Source: Tubulanus polymorphus (taxonomy: Eukaryota; Animalia; Nemertea). Taken from it: a DNA stretch of 64,000 nt. Below, one piece after another: positions 1 to 38,710 of this stretch. The position numbers were made by a program, and so were the translations under genes. The notes beneath the pieces are model-generated. The model saw only the letters and a program-made list of their open reading frames with translations. It was not told where the DNA came from and made no database searches. Position 1 is the stretch's first letter. Every line of letters begins with the position of its first letter. The stretch covers positions 8,024,850 through 8,088,849 of the forward strand of contig NC_134029.1 in the NCBI RefSeq assembly GCF_964204645.1, in the 5' to 3' direction.

Positions 1-912
1 ATATAGATCATTATACGTAGATGACTAGTAGTTAAATGTTTTACATTTAGTCGTCGAATAACGGCGAGTTTGCCGGTGAGATGTGTGTATTTACCAATGA
101 AATATGAGACATCGATCGGCCAGCATGATCTCGAAACAAATTTCAGAAAATTCGTTTCTTATCAGATATAGTCGTCAGGTGCAACTGGTTACTCCATCAA
201 TCCAAGGTCTGCGCACTCGAATGCGCGAAATTCATAACTTTCATACAGTATTTATAAAACTTTACCGACAACTTAGGAACTGATCCTGTGTCTTCGGACG
301 CAAACAATAAAGGCAGGATAAAAACGTAGAAATCAACCGATTATTTAGATTTATAACCAACCATAAGATGTGTCTCGTGTTAAAATCATTTTTATTTGAA
401 ATAATGAAGAGACTGCGACCAATCGTAATCGATGTTTTAAAGAGAAAACCGCCCACGTACCGCACGCGCACGATCACACCTTGGAGTAATCAAATGATTA
501 CTCCCAGCTCACACATACACATACATTTTCTCATGGACACAACTCAAAAGAATACTGCAAGACTATCGAAAGAAAAGCAAGGTGGTTGCTCAATCAAACT
601 TTCACTATATTCCCTATAGAAAGTATTCGAATACAACTTTGAATAATATAATTTGATAATTGTAAATCTAATAATTTCTATGAATAAAGTCTTATGCCGG
701 TGTATTTCGTTAATGTATAATTTTTCAGACCACGTCTGATTCTAGACATCCGTCATTCGACTATAGGCACTGGAAAATTAATGTACATACATTACGAAGA
801 CACTGGTCGATAAAAACCATATAAGGATATTACATCGTGGGGCGCCATTTTCGCATTGTGCGGGTCAGACGATGGTATATATGACTGTTCATCAAAATAT
901 ATCCTCAGTCGC

Positions 913-1758
913 CAGGGGCGGATCCAGGGAGATGGGTAGACAGTATTGGAAGGAAATTTAAGGGCACCTTTCTGATCTTAGGGCACACCCAGTATCCAGG
1001 TCAATGCGAGCGCCGAAGGCGCGAAGTCCTTAGAGGGAGGTCTGGGGGCCCACCCCCAAAAAATTTGAAAATATGGTACCATTTAAAGGCTTTTAGAGGG
1101 CTTCTAGAGGCTAGCAGAGCAATCCAGAATAAACGAATTCGAGACAAGATTTCAACACATGCGGATAAAAAATGAAGCTGGCGAACCCATGAAAGAATGG
1201 TTGTCGCCAACTTCGCCTAGTGTCCCTATAATCTTTAAAAGTGCCCCTTAACAATTATACAGAATACGGCTAAGTGCCCCTTCATTGTTAACAATCGGCA
1301 AAAATTGCCTCGTCTTCACATTTGTCCTTATGTCGTGTGCCATCTTCCAAACCAAAAGTGCCCCTAAAATTTTAAAAATTAGGCAAAAAAGTGCCCTTTT
1401 CTTCAACATTTTCCGCGTATAGTGCCCTCTTCTAAAGTACGAGTGCCCCTTTAGCCCTCCCTGAAAAGGCAAGGAAGGACAAGGTGCCCTCATCTAAAGC
1501 ATGAGTGCCCCTTGCAAAAGGAAAGTGCCCTTTTTAATTTATCATGATTAAAGGCTTTACAAATATGGTTATCTCTCCTCACTTTCTTGGCAGCAGTATA
1601 TACCGATTAATTTTATAATTATGCCCGGATTACGGACACGGAATTAACGGTTGCTGAAATAATGCCGTAAAAAATATTGCCGGTGAAATTTCGAAGGGCA
1701 CTTAAAAATTCTAGACCGTATTGGGCAATACGGCTAATACGGTCTGGATCCGCCCCTG
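913..1758. mobile_element. Non-autonomous TIR element (MITE-like)
   Basis: Perfect 15-bp TIR CAGGGGCGGATCCAG, 5-bp duplication GTCGC (908-912, 1759-1763), many internal GTGCCC motifs. Confidence 0.85.
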
Positions 1759-1806
1759 GTCGCCACACGAGATTATCACGAAAAATTTCTAAGAATCTAT
1801 ATATGT

Positions 1807-1810
<4 letters not shown>

Positions 1811-1881
<71 letters not shown>
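1811..1881. repeat. (TA)n microsatellite
   Basis: Direct observation. Confidence 0.97.
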
Positions 1882-1885
<4 letters not shown>

Positions 1886-2640
1886 AAGGCGCCGTGTTCT
1901 ATTCATTCAAAACGTTCAGTAATATATACAAGCTAATACTTCACTATAAGATGTTAGTAATCAACATCGTTGTTGGGAACCGGGGAGCGCTGCACGTGAA
2001 TTCGGACTATTTTCCTAAAATAGTCTCCATTTTCAAAAGACGTCTTCATACCGCTGTATCAACCGCTCGCGATCAATATTTTGGCTTGATATTTAGAGAA
2101 TTGAAAAGTATATATTACTTGCATCTTTCACTTTTTTGAGCTAAAGCCTCTCGTCTGCTGGTCCGAGTACGCATAATATACAATTTGCTTACACAGTATA
2201 ATTACTATTTATAGCACCGATGAATGACAGTTTCATTCGGCATACGTTTGGTATCGGAAAAAAATGAGACAACAGATCAATACAAAATCAACAGATTTTA
2301 TAAGATATCGGTAGAAAAGTATTAAATACATAGTTATTCGTCTGACGAAAATGTCAAATTCATTAGTATATATCAATTCAATTTACGTTCAAATTGATCA
2401 TACGCTATTCACGTTGAATAGGAACTGAAGATCGGTTTACAGTCAAATAATTGTGATATATAATCGCTTATACGCAAGTTACACTCATCCTTTAAGAGTA
2501 ATCATTCAGAATCATATCACAGACTTTTTATCGTTCACTGAAATATCACAATCCGAAAATAACCGTTTTAACCATGATCGGCTGCTCTAGAACGCCGCTT
2601 GTTTAGTAACGACGAAAGCGATTACGTCAGACCCGGTAGG

Positions 2641-27878
<25,238 letters not shown>

Positions 27879-30800
27879 GATACGCAAAAAGTCCTGTTCC
27901 CATGACGTGGTAGAACGTCGTCTTTGTAAAACAAGTCTATATATGCTTCCCACCTTGGTAACTCGCCGTTCAAAATGTTCGAATCGTCACCATCAATATC
28001 GTTTTTGTGTTGTTCGAGAATTTAAAGCGAGAAACGCGTGTGCACAGTTCAACGAATAACCTGCTTAACTCCGGATAAAAGTGTCATCAAAACACAACAG
28101 ATTTTATTGTAACAGTTTAATCCTTGGATCAAGTTATTTTAAGGTGATAATACAGTTCTTAACGCGTGCAAAGAACTCTGTTCTTATCGTTCTGAAAAAT
28201 ACGTCAATGCCGCCGACGAGATCTTCTATCCGTAATAATCTACACGACTTTCTCAGTTAGGCTACTGTGAAGAAACGCAATTCGATATTCTACAAATAAA
28301 TGCGACGCAAAAGGCGAAGTATCGTGTCTGTACCGGCACTGCACCATTCACCGGTAGTAACCGACTAGTGAGATCGATTCGAGCCTGTTTGACATTTTAG
28401 CAAATCTGAACTGAATATCCGCTTACAATGTACAAAATCTAAGATCCACTTCGACGAGCGTTTTCATAGAAATCCTACATAAGGCGAATTATTTTAAAAA
28501 AAGATAAAACAAGCTTGTAACGATTATCTTCGTAAAGATGATCGGTACTAGCTTCGAGGAATCACGTTGACGAATTCATATCTAGAGGTTGTCACGAGGT
28601 GTATATTTCCCGGCGCGCCGACGGACACCGATGGCCAACAGCCGCCGTATAGTATGACCCAGTGTCGCGCCACGATGGTTTTACGGGCTGCTATTCGTTT
28701 CAGTTTCGTGTGCGCGAATCTACGTCCATCGAATACTAACGGCCAGAAAAAAATCAGGACTCCGAATCCACGAGCCGATTGATATCATTATAGCTGATTT
28801 CACGGATCTTACTCACACGTTTATCGATAACGACCCGAGTTGCGTTGGCTGTAATTTGCAGATCCGTCATTACTGACAGTTTGCTGTTGGACACGTACGT
28901 TGCATTAGTCGCCAATTTTTCTCAGATGGCTCGGCGAGGAAGATATTAATACAACATCGTTTTATCGAAAATGACAATTTGTTTCAAAGCTGGTCCGATA
29001 TTGAGCAAATCTGAACGAAGAAGGCTCTATACATGGTTTCAAAATATGTGTACATGAGATCAAGTGACGTCGCCACAGATCCAACCGTCGGACCAATAAT
29101 GAAAAATATCGATCTTTCGAAAATTCCAAAAATATTTTCATTCATCATTTTAGTGGCAATTCTGTTTGGAATACATTAAGATGCCTCTGACTTCATTTTT
29201 CATTTTATGGAGAAGGCTTCGCCGCTGCGGCGCTCGCATTTGTAGTAACCCAACGTTATGCCCTTCATCCTGATATCTGACCAATAGGAAAATGAAGCCT
29301 ATACGTCACTGACCTTACGTAATGATCTATATCATTACAAATCACAATCAAAATGTTCGATGATTGCCTGGTTGAATACACTCTGGTCAGGTCCTCTACC
29401 CAACAGATCATATTTTGGTCAACATCATAAGATATATATATAGCCTGATAATACGACAACCACCGCAACGCTTATGGAATACATAGCAAATCCATTAACA
29501 AACATGTTGCTGAATCGATATTGCTCAAAAGCAGTTCTCTTCTCTTTTACCCACCCACAATTTTCGTCTCATATTATTCGTGTTCTTGCATGCAACTATA
29601 CGAATTGCAAATGCAGACAAAGACCTCGCAATAAGGCCTATCAATACGCGTTTGGCTGTACCATGCAGCTACTATCAAAGATTTTTTGAAGGAAATTGTT
29701 AAAAAGCAAACCATCCCCGAGATCAAATTTTTCATGACGTATTGTCATACGCGGGCATATCATGGTGGTTTCCGTGAAAAGATTCCTTTTCAAAGTTATT
29801 TCGGACAGAGCTTACCGACAAATTGAGAGAGCATTCGAAATCCGAGTCTTTCATAACGATAAACCAAATCAGCACGGCAAACGCGATACTTCAAAGGATA
29901 TAAGGATATCGCGGACATTAGAAGCCAGATGAAAAAAAACTATGATAATCCATCATAAGCGTTCGTGGCAGCCGAAATCTTGCATTTCTTATCCGTTCCA
30001 GAACACGAACTACACGAAATATTCCACCAAAAATCAAAGGAAAATACAAAAAAAACTGTTGTTTTGTGTCATGGACCGCTTCGTCGTGTATACTCAAGTA
30101 TACGAGTACATTGCAGTGGCATTACCGCGTAATGTCAATTGCGGCGTTAGCGCCATAAAACGATGCTTCCATCGGAGTTAATTTACCAACCTAAATCATT
30201 ACTAAACTGACACAGACAACATAAGTCAATGGCATTAGAGTGTATATCACAAGGGGTAGTTCATAATTTAAACACGTACTGGCATTAGTAACCACCGGTA
30301 TAGACGGTACTCGATATTAGCTGTTTTGGGAATTATTCTGGGAATCAACATTACATTCAATTACAGCTGCGTATTAGTTGCATAACGCCAGCTGAGACTG
30401 GGTGAAAAAAAACTGTAACCCCGAAATTATTTTCGGTGGCCAAATTATGTCTATAATACTATAGTCACGATGTGATTCGGACTAGTGACAATACACTGAG
30501 TTGATATCGTGACTTTGAGTTATGTATTAACAGATGAATATAGCTCGAGGTGTTTATTATCAGATGTCCTTGAAATGATAGCACGGGACATGTGACGTGT
30601 TGCTGTGAACCGAAGAGCTCCCAAAGGCAAGAAGGGGTCGATTATGGGAACACTTCGCTGATCAATCGTACAATGAAGACATGTGTTGCGGCGGCATTAG
30701 TTATCTGTCAATTCTTAATTTCGGTTTACCGAGCCGTAAGAAATACATTAATTACAAATCTACTGTTAGATTATTGATGCAAAGAGAGTGCTTTCGATAC

Positions 30801-33800
30801 GCGCAGATAGTGAGGTGCACGTTCAGTGATGATCCCATCCCGAGAGTCTACTCCCGGTTGCAATGCGATCGATTTGAAACAGTTTGATTTACATAGCGGA
30901 TGATATCGCCAGTCAGACTCCCACTGATAATTTTCGTATATTCCCAACAGGAATTCATCGAAAATATCAATCCATCATCGACAGAAAAAGAATCGATCGA
31001 TTTTGCTTGAAAGCACAACGGCTTACGTCTGCCTATGGCCTCTGAGTTACGACGACGACCGACCATTAACCGGCGATATGTACGCGCTTCTATCATCCAA
31101 TTTCCAATTCTCGACAGATACCCCAGTTCAAGTGCTCGTCGTGAGAAAACAATAGAATGCTCTATACCTTCACTTTCCAATCGGTTAAAAATCCAGATGG
31201 CAACACGAGCTGGTGATATTATTGATACGTCACTGAATTTGCCTGCGATCTACATTCAAGAGTGCGGCCGGATTCAATGTGAAAATAGAAAATTAATTAA
31301 ACTGAAAACTAGAAATGAAAGCTACAAATTGTATTCCACGAATTATTAGACTAGGTGGAGCCTGTAATTATGAATCTTTTATTAAGCATCACAAGCCATC
31401 GATCGGTGACGTAGCACAAAAACCGATAGAGGAAGATTATGGCTTGATACAGCATCTAATCAAACAACTAATTTTTAATTTCGATTTTCGGAAGACTCAA
31501 AAAAACATACCATTTTATAATTGTTGCACACCGACTGGCATAAGATTTGTGAAATATTCTTTAGATTTCTTCAACGAAACCAATATGGTACCCGGTCCAA
31601 CGTTCAACGAGGAATGTATAATATGCGTTTGGCAGACGACGCGCGGGGAAACATGGAAACACGGAAACACGGAAACAAACATGTTTGATATCGGAAACGG
31701 TTTCATGTTTCCGTGCTTCCCTGCGTCGTGTGCGTTGGGCTTTATACGAAAATAAGAGTGCTACTACACGATATGGAGAATAAGAACTAAAACAATTAGT
31801 AGCTTGAATGTCGTTGATTTTTGGACATTAATTCATTTGGACGGCTGTGTTGTCAGTTTTCGTGCCGCCTACAGTGTTCTCAAATGAAGACGACACACAA
31901 AACGGCGAATGCCGTAATGATGGAAGACATGTTTTTTTTATCTAAAAAGCGTCGACTGGCCTCGAGGGATTCGTGACAACGGGCTCGTAACCAAGAGCTG
32001 CAGTCTACGTCAATTATGTGACCGAGAATGAAACAGTCTGTGACAAGAAATTCTTAGAATCGGATTCGGAAGACATCGTGCATCTTTTTCAAGCGCTCTG
32101 ACTTCGTATACTGATTGATTAAACGCTCTATGCAGATCGCCCCGTTTCCTGAAAGGCTATACCCAACCACGGAAACAAAACAACACAGGCCGCTAAATCA
32201 GTTACCAAAACGAAATACGTTATTGGAAGCGGAAATATGAAGGAAGAATACATTTGTATTGATTAAGAACAAAGTCCCTGTAAGGCTGGGTTACATTCGG
32301 GGTTACATGTTTGCGGATGAAATCTCCATTCGAGGAGATAAAAAGTTACTGCAATAACAGTAACGAATGTAGAAGTACCATGTGAGTTGTCACTGTAAGT
32401 AGCTACTGGAGTATCTTTATGGTCTAGAACACGTAAACGTATTATTAATTCAGAATAATCGGTGTAAGAATGCTGAACCGTTGTGCTATCAAGTGATGAT
32501 TTACTCCGAATAAAATACACGATAATCAGTGGCAGCTCAGCCATTTCCAAAATGTTCGTATTCGTGCCATGTACATTGTGTTCGATAATCAGAAAAAAAC
32601 TGACACATAAAGCTGTGATATGCGACCACACCACTCGCAGAAATACGATCGCATTTTAGCATCGCGCACGACTTTCGGATGGAGTTAATGCATGCGCGTG
32701 ACCTCGAAATGTTGTGGGCCAGACGATAAAATATGGAAATAAACTGAAATAACGGCGTCGTTAATCGATAGATCGATTCATTATCAATTCTGATTAACTC
32801 TGTAAAAACGTGTACATGGAGATTTGATGAATTTCTTCTAGAGTCCGCTCGTGGTGTGGAGAGATCGAATACGAAGAATGAGTGGCAAAAAGTCTCAAAA
32901 TAAATTTAGCGAATCTGTTCACGGCCTCGCATAGAAATACAACTGCCTCAGATATAATATTCGAAAAAAATATATTTTTGATAATATCTATATTCAACGA
33001 AGCAAAACAAGATTTCCGCATCAACGAAATTCAGAGTAAATCCCATTTTCATCCTCCCAACAAATCTGATGTAGTTCTGGCTTTCCTCCGTAGTCTTTTC
33101 ATTGATTATTCGAAACGTTCGACTCTTCGCACTATGGATTAACGGCATTTTCAAAGCTCAAAGTAAACGTTAGATTAGTCAACGTCTTGAATCGCCATGC
33201 AGGGAAATGGCGAGGTAGATATTTCATTTTCAAATCATGATGCCGGGAAATAGAAACCAAGCCTTATAGAGAATCGACAGACGCGGAAAGCACCGCACAT
33301 GATGGATAAAAACCATTCGCTAATCATTTGAGACATAATGACGTTAAATGTCCGAAATAATCAAATCTATTTCATTTGATATACGAAGTAATTGCTACAT
33401 ATCTAGGTCGCTGGTAATTCGTTTGAATATGTTTTTTGCGACACATTAGAGCGGACCTGGAAAAAAGTAAACAGTTTACTTTTTATAGCGAAATAAACAT
33501 AATGTATGCCAGTAACTGCCATATTCCTATAATCTGCCATATATACCAGCTTGTTTGACGATCGCTTGTTTCGCCGATATCAGAAAAGAAAAGAAACTTA
33601 TCTGCGGAAGTTAGACGTGATATCTCCGATTTCAAAATGATCCGAGTAATTTCCTGGGCATCGAAGGTTCCGCTCCGATACCGTTAGGCGTACATCGGTA
33701 TTATCTATACCAGAAAAGGTGCAGTTTTAGAAGAAAAACTTACGAAACGACCATCTATCGATAGAAATTATACACATCGACGAGAATTGAACATTGAAGT

Positions 33801-36800
33801 GGCCGTTAAACACGTGCACCGGAACACCAATTAAAATCGACTCGGCAATTATTTCTTCAAAAATTTATCGGCGTATCGGGAATTTTAACAGATTTCTAAC
33901 GGCTAATTAATGGCGCCGCAAAAAGGTAAATAACTTGTAGGCATCCTATAGCTCTACATGGTGTCGTGGTATTCTATACTGTGCGTGGTACGTGTGAATA
34001 ATACGAATTTGAATCCGGCAGGCGGAGGTCGCCGTCATGCTGTTAATTAACTCCCGAAATGTGTTTTCATCCTGATAAACTTATCTCCTTTCATGTTTGT
34101 ACATTACTAAGGTCGTCGCGTAATTCTAGGGGCAACGATAGAAGTCGAATGTATTCAATAACAAACAAAACATGACCAAAAAAACAACTACATCCGATTG
34201 CAACCTGTCCCTGACCCCGCGACCGCGGTGTCATCTCCTGACAAGCGCAGATGACCAACTTTCTGACCACCGAGATAATTGAACTCGAGAGAAAACACGA
34301 AGCTCGTTATACAAAAAAAAATACAGATTACAGACATGGGAAGAATACCGCTCAACTGCATGCTATACCCCCCGTCAAAAATAGGTTTTCGATGTCAACA
34401 TTCGACAGAAACGTATTTCGCATTTGCACAGCAATCTTCGTCTTGAAATATGTGCTGGATTTATCCCAGTCAGTTAGACAAACGATCGTACCTTATCGCG
34501 CATCTCAAAGGGTGTCGTGCGCGAAACTCGTAACTAAATTCCTTATAGTTTATCAACAACTACAAGGATCAATTGTGGAGATCCTGTGTAGGTTGATCCG
34601 AGAATACGACAAAAAATAAACAGACAAAGAAAGGAATATTCCAAAACATGTCCGTCTCAGTTCAGTGGTATGTTATCAGCGGGACGATTGAAGTAGACGT
34701 CTGATATGCTTCAAATGCAAAATCGACGAAGCTAGCTTGGATTTTGCAAGAAGAGTCCACACAAGTGGGTCCCAAACAAGGTTAGAGGTTGATTGAATCT
34801 GGCTTATCACTGCCACGACAAGATCATCAAATATAATTATGATGAATGTATATTGGCGAAAGTAAGGCTAGAGAGTAGATAAGTCGTAAAGACAACCAAT
34901 ATAGCACCGACCTTAGAACAAAGCCTGTTCATTTATCAAGTCATGGACTGCGTTACTACGCGTCGAACGGAATTCATACCGACGAATGGATCGGAATCGT
35001 CGTGTCACGGAACAAGGAAATGCGGTTTATGCAAAATTTATGATCACTTTTTCAACAGCTCTGTGGCCGTTAGAAGCACCGGAAAAGAACGGAATGTTAC
35101 CACGTGACAACCGTTTCAAAGTGAATAATCTAATCCACGTGAATGAGAAATCAATCAGAAAACACTGCGACACGTATTAGCCAGAGAGCATGTATTATCA
35201 TAACGCATTTCAAAGAAAAAAACTGAGCCATTCTGCGTATACTCACGACGCAATTAAAATTTCATACCACTCTCATCTAACAATCTAATTAACTTTACGC
35301 TGCGATATAATCATTCTCAGTAAAGCAAATAACGGCGCGAACAGTTTTGAGAATTTGGTCGTCTGTTCGATTCAGACAAGCTAGCGCCACGGTAGATGAG
35401 TAAATCTTGGGAGAAGATTGATGACGATAGATGTTAAATTAAGCGGAATTATATTCCCATTGACGTCTGATGCAATGTCAATGAAACCCAATTGAAGAAG
35501 CCTCAACGCCGTTTGTTCAACCGCCTCGTGCACATGGCAATATCAGTTCGCTTACCTCGGGGATATCCTTTTGTGGAACGTTACATATGGATCGAATTAA
35601 TACCTCAAGATCCGCAAGTTGCTACATCGCAAGGGAAGCTATAACAATGTTGAGGAAGTGTATACCAGCACACCAAAAAACACTTCATATCCATTGTTCT
35701 ACCTTCAAACATGATTTTTTCTGAGTCAGTTGTGTATGGTGACGATGCAAACATAGCCAATAATAAGAACCTAACCGAATCAAAGCCATCATTTTTAAAA
35801 CCAATCGTATGATTGGAACATTCGGCCAATAAAACCAGCTTATCAAATTGTTTCCCTTCCGAATCTTCGAAGAAATGAAGAAAGCTGATTAATAAATGAT
35901 TTGGACGCTTCTCAATCTCAAGAAAACCGGAATGTACGTAGTAATAGAACCTTACTGCTTGGTTGCTAGCGATGAATTTAAAAGCAATTTCTATTTATGA
36001 TTCAATAATATGCACCAAACCAATTAAAAAGGTTCATCGAACAATTCAGCAATATAAGTCATCCTATCAAATTATCTTAGCTCATACCTCTGGCATGCCA
36101 CTTCTTTTGTACGCCAAAACGTTATCTATCGTGGGTTGTATGGTAATATTAGTACCTTCCCCCAATTGATCGGCAAAAAAGATGATTTTTTTACTCAAAG
36201 AGTGCAGGCTCGAGTCGGATGATGAAGAACTATACTTGTAACAAAGTGCGAAGTGAATGATACTGAACGACACTGATTTTGTACCTGCATGTTCCCATTA
36301 CGACGAGTGTTCCTGTAATAACAACAGATCTTCGTATGCCACTATTTCCAGAGCTATATTTTTCTAATCGAACATTTTATTAATCCTTATCTCGGTAGAT
36401 ATATACATATATAGAAAATACACGAGCAGTATATACATATGTAATGTTATTTTCAGCCAATTTCGATACTATGAGTGTATGTGCGTGAATATATGGTTTT
36501 TACGACAGCACGCGACGACACTAGATGTTGCTAGATGATGCCTGCCTGCCAGTTACATACACCACGTAGTAATAAAGCAGCGTACACACTTATTGATTGT
36601 ACGTATTGTGCCGCCGTATCATTTGAGATTGCATTGTTGCCGGCGGTGCAAATGGCGCACCGACCAGTTTGAAACGCACGCAGTTAAATTCTGCAGGATG
36701 CGACAGTTTACTGCGCCATCTTGAGTTAAAACGATTCAGTACTGCAACTGAGGCAGCCCTTTCTGGCCATTGCCGTTATCTGAAATTGTAACCTACAGGC

Positions 36801-36910
36801 CGCAGGGGCCTGAGACACAAAGTTTTTGACAGACCCCAGCATCCTAGGTACTATATATCATAGTTCCTGAGATACTGGGGTTTATTAACTTATTGTCTCA
36901 GGCCCCTGTG
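36801..36910. mobile_element. 110-bp TIR element related to the 55354-56509 foldback
   Basis: TIR CGCAGGGGCCTGAGACA / TGTCTCAGGCCCCTGTG, flanks CTACAGGC / GTACAGGC, shared CCCAG(C/T)ATCCTAGGTAC motif. Confidence 0.75.
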
Positions 36911-37475
36911 GTACAGGCTAAACAAAATTATGCCTCCTAATCGGTCGGGTCGCTTTTATAAACTGCAATGAAATTTGTAACCAGTTCATTTCTATAACTG
37001 CCGGGTGTGTTATTGTTAGCTTGATCATGATTTAGAAAAAAATTCATGTGCAGAGTAGATAGGCAGCCGGCCGGGTAAACTTTTAAGCTCAGCAAAAGTT
37101 AAAAACAAGGTATCAATTGTATAGCCATAAATATATAGTCCTTACCGCATGGCTGTTTCCATATTTTTTGAAAAGTTGAATTTGCTTTCTCGAAAATGCC
37201 ATTCTATTCTGAGCAGCGTTTAAAACGTGTATGCATATGATATGTGTATTTCATAGTAAACAGTCATTTATATAAAGAGCATATACTTTACATAGTGTAT
37301 ATATGTATGTATTGCTTGAAACGATGAATGAATTGAGGTCCTGTCGCGGTCATAGCCATTGCGACGCGCCGTGCCACACCGAACATGTAGTCATCCACTC
37401 GCGCGTAACGGTGAGCATGAATTATAGCAAAATATTTTGCATTTCGCATAAACACATTTGACCAAAAGGACTTAC

Positions 37476-37535
37476 CTGAAACCGACCACGGAAATAGTTA
37501 TTCCGATTGCGAAGTTGTGCTCGCGTTAAATCCAT
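37476..37535 (-). CDS. Candidate alternative first coding exon (MDLTRAQLRNRNNYFRGRFQ)
   Basis: gttATGG start, perfect donor CAG/gtaagt, phase 0. Confidence 0.45.
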
Positions 37536-38549
37536 AACACGACGAAACTTCATATATAAATGTATTAGGACAAAGTCTCGAGGCATTATATATATCTAAC
37601 CCTGGCCGATGTGCATATACAAATATACTTCAGGCAAGGTGTCCCCGTTATCATGCATTACGTCAACCGTATGTAAAAGAAGCTAAATAGAAAATTGCCT
37701 GAATGAGCCTTGAGTGAAAGAAAAGGATGACCTAATAAAGTTTGTAAATGATACAAATATTTTCGAACTGGTAAAGCTTGATTTAAGAGGTGCTTATTTT
37801 CTAGCTTCAATGTGTAGGCTTCGTATTTTCTAACCAGGCATTGATAAAGAATTAGTACAAATTCGACGTTGCTGCGAGTTTGTTGACTTTGGAATTATAC
37901 AATCTATTAGATTACCCATTAAAATAGCCGTATAAAATAACGTGAACGTCGTATTTTGTTTGTTTCAATCTTCAACCAATCGATTATACGTCAGTTATGA
38001 AAGTTATTAAGCAAATAACCAAATGGGTAAGCAAATGTTCACGTTATCTGAACAAACTCCACTCTTATCTGTTTTCACTAGATGTTTTGTACAAGTTTCA
38101 TCGCCATGATATGGGACGGAAGCAAAATATAGTCTAGGACAGGGTTCATCGCTTTCATCGTTCTTGTTCACTGTTCCTTACATGCCGATGTCTCCGATGT
38201 TTATACAGAACTGCACGCTTTGACGGTATTCATATGAAATGTTGTCGCTAAGACTTCGAGGAGTGACTGGTGGATGATGCAGATTGACGTTATCATAATG
38301 TTTTTTTGTAATTGATAAATCATGTGAACTAATAGCATCAATAGGAATGGCTCTTTGAGGTTATAGCAAGAGAGTCCGGATATCAAAGAAATAACGAAAT
38401 AGAGAAAGTGCATATTATAGAATCTATCTGCCTACAAACAACGTCAATGATTGGCATCCTAAACAGCCTTCTATTTAACCATCAAACATCTTGTCACGCA
38501 TTTCAACAAGTGCTGGTCCGTGCATTCGTTTAAATGTCAAAAACAACGA

Positions 38550-38710
38550 TCAAGCAATCAGCAACTTCAGCGGCGTAACTATTCTTGAACCACATTCGGA
38601 GCTCGGAGCTATCCTTTTTATACCATCCGTCAAACCCGGGCCGCCGTTTTCTGCCTTTTATTGTCCTTGTGTACAAAAATATAAACACCCTGACGTTGTA
38701 GCGGCGGCAA
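38550..38710 (-). mobile_element. Possible decayed Mutator/MULE transposase fragment
   Basis: With one frameshift it reads SGCLYFCTQGQ*..GLTD-YKKDSSELRMWFK..AEVADCL, resembling the MULE GCxFHxxQ..GL...YK...E...W region. Confidence 0.35.

Noticed and set aside
1619-1922. ORFs with long IYIY runs
   Set aside because: They are translations of the (TA)n microsatellite and adjacent MITE.
30592-33154. Cluster of 60-146 aa ORFs on both strands
   Set aside because: No recognisable domains or consistent splice pattern; one runs through a MITE.
35600-36360. Coding-looking stretch with faint LTR-retrotransposon pol resemblance (PNRIKAII..NQLIKLFP..FEEMKK)
   Set aside because: Many stops and no diagnostic catalytic motif; unsupported without a search.
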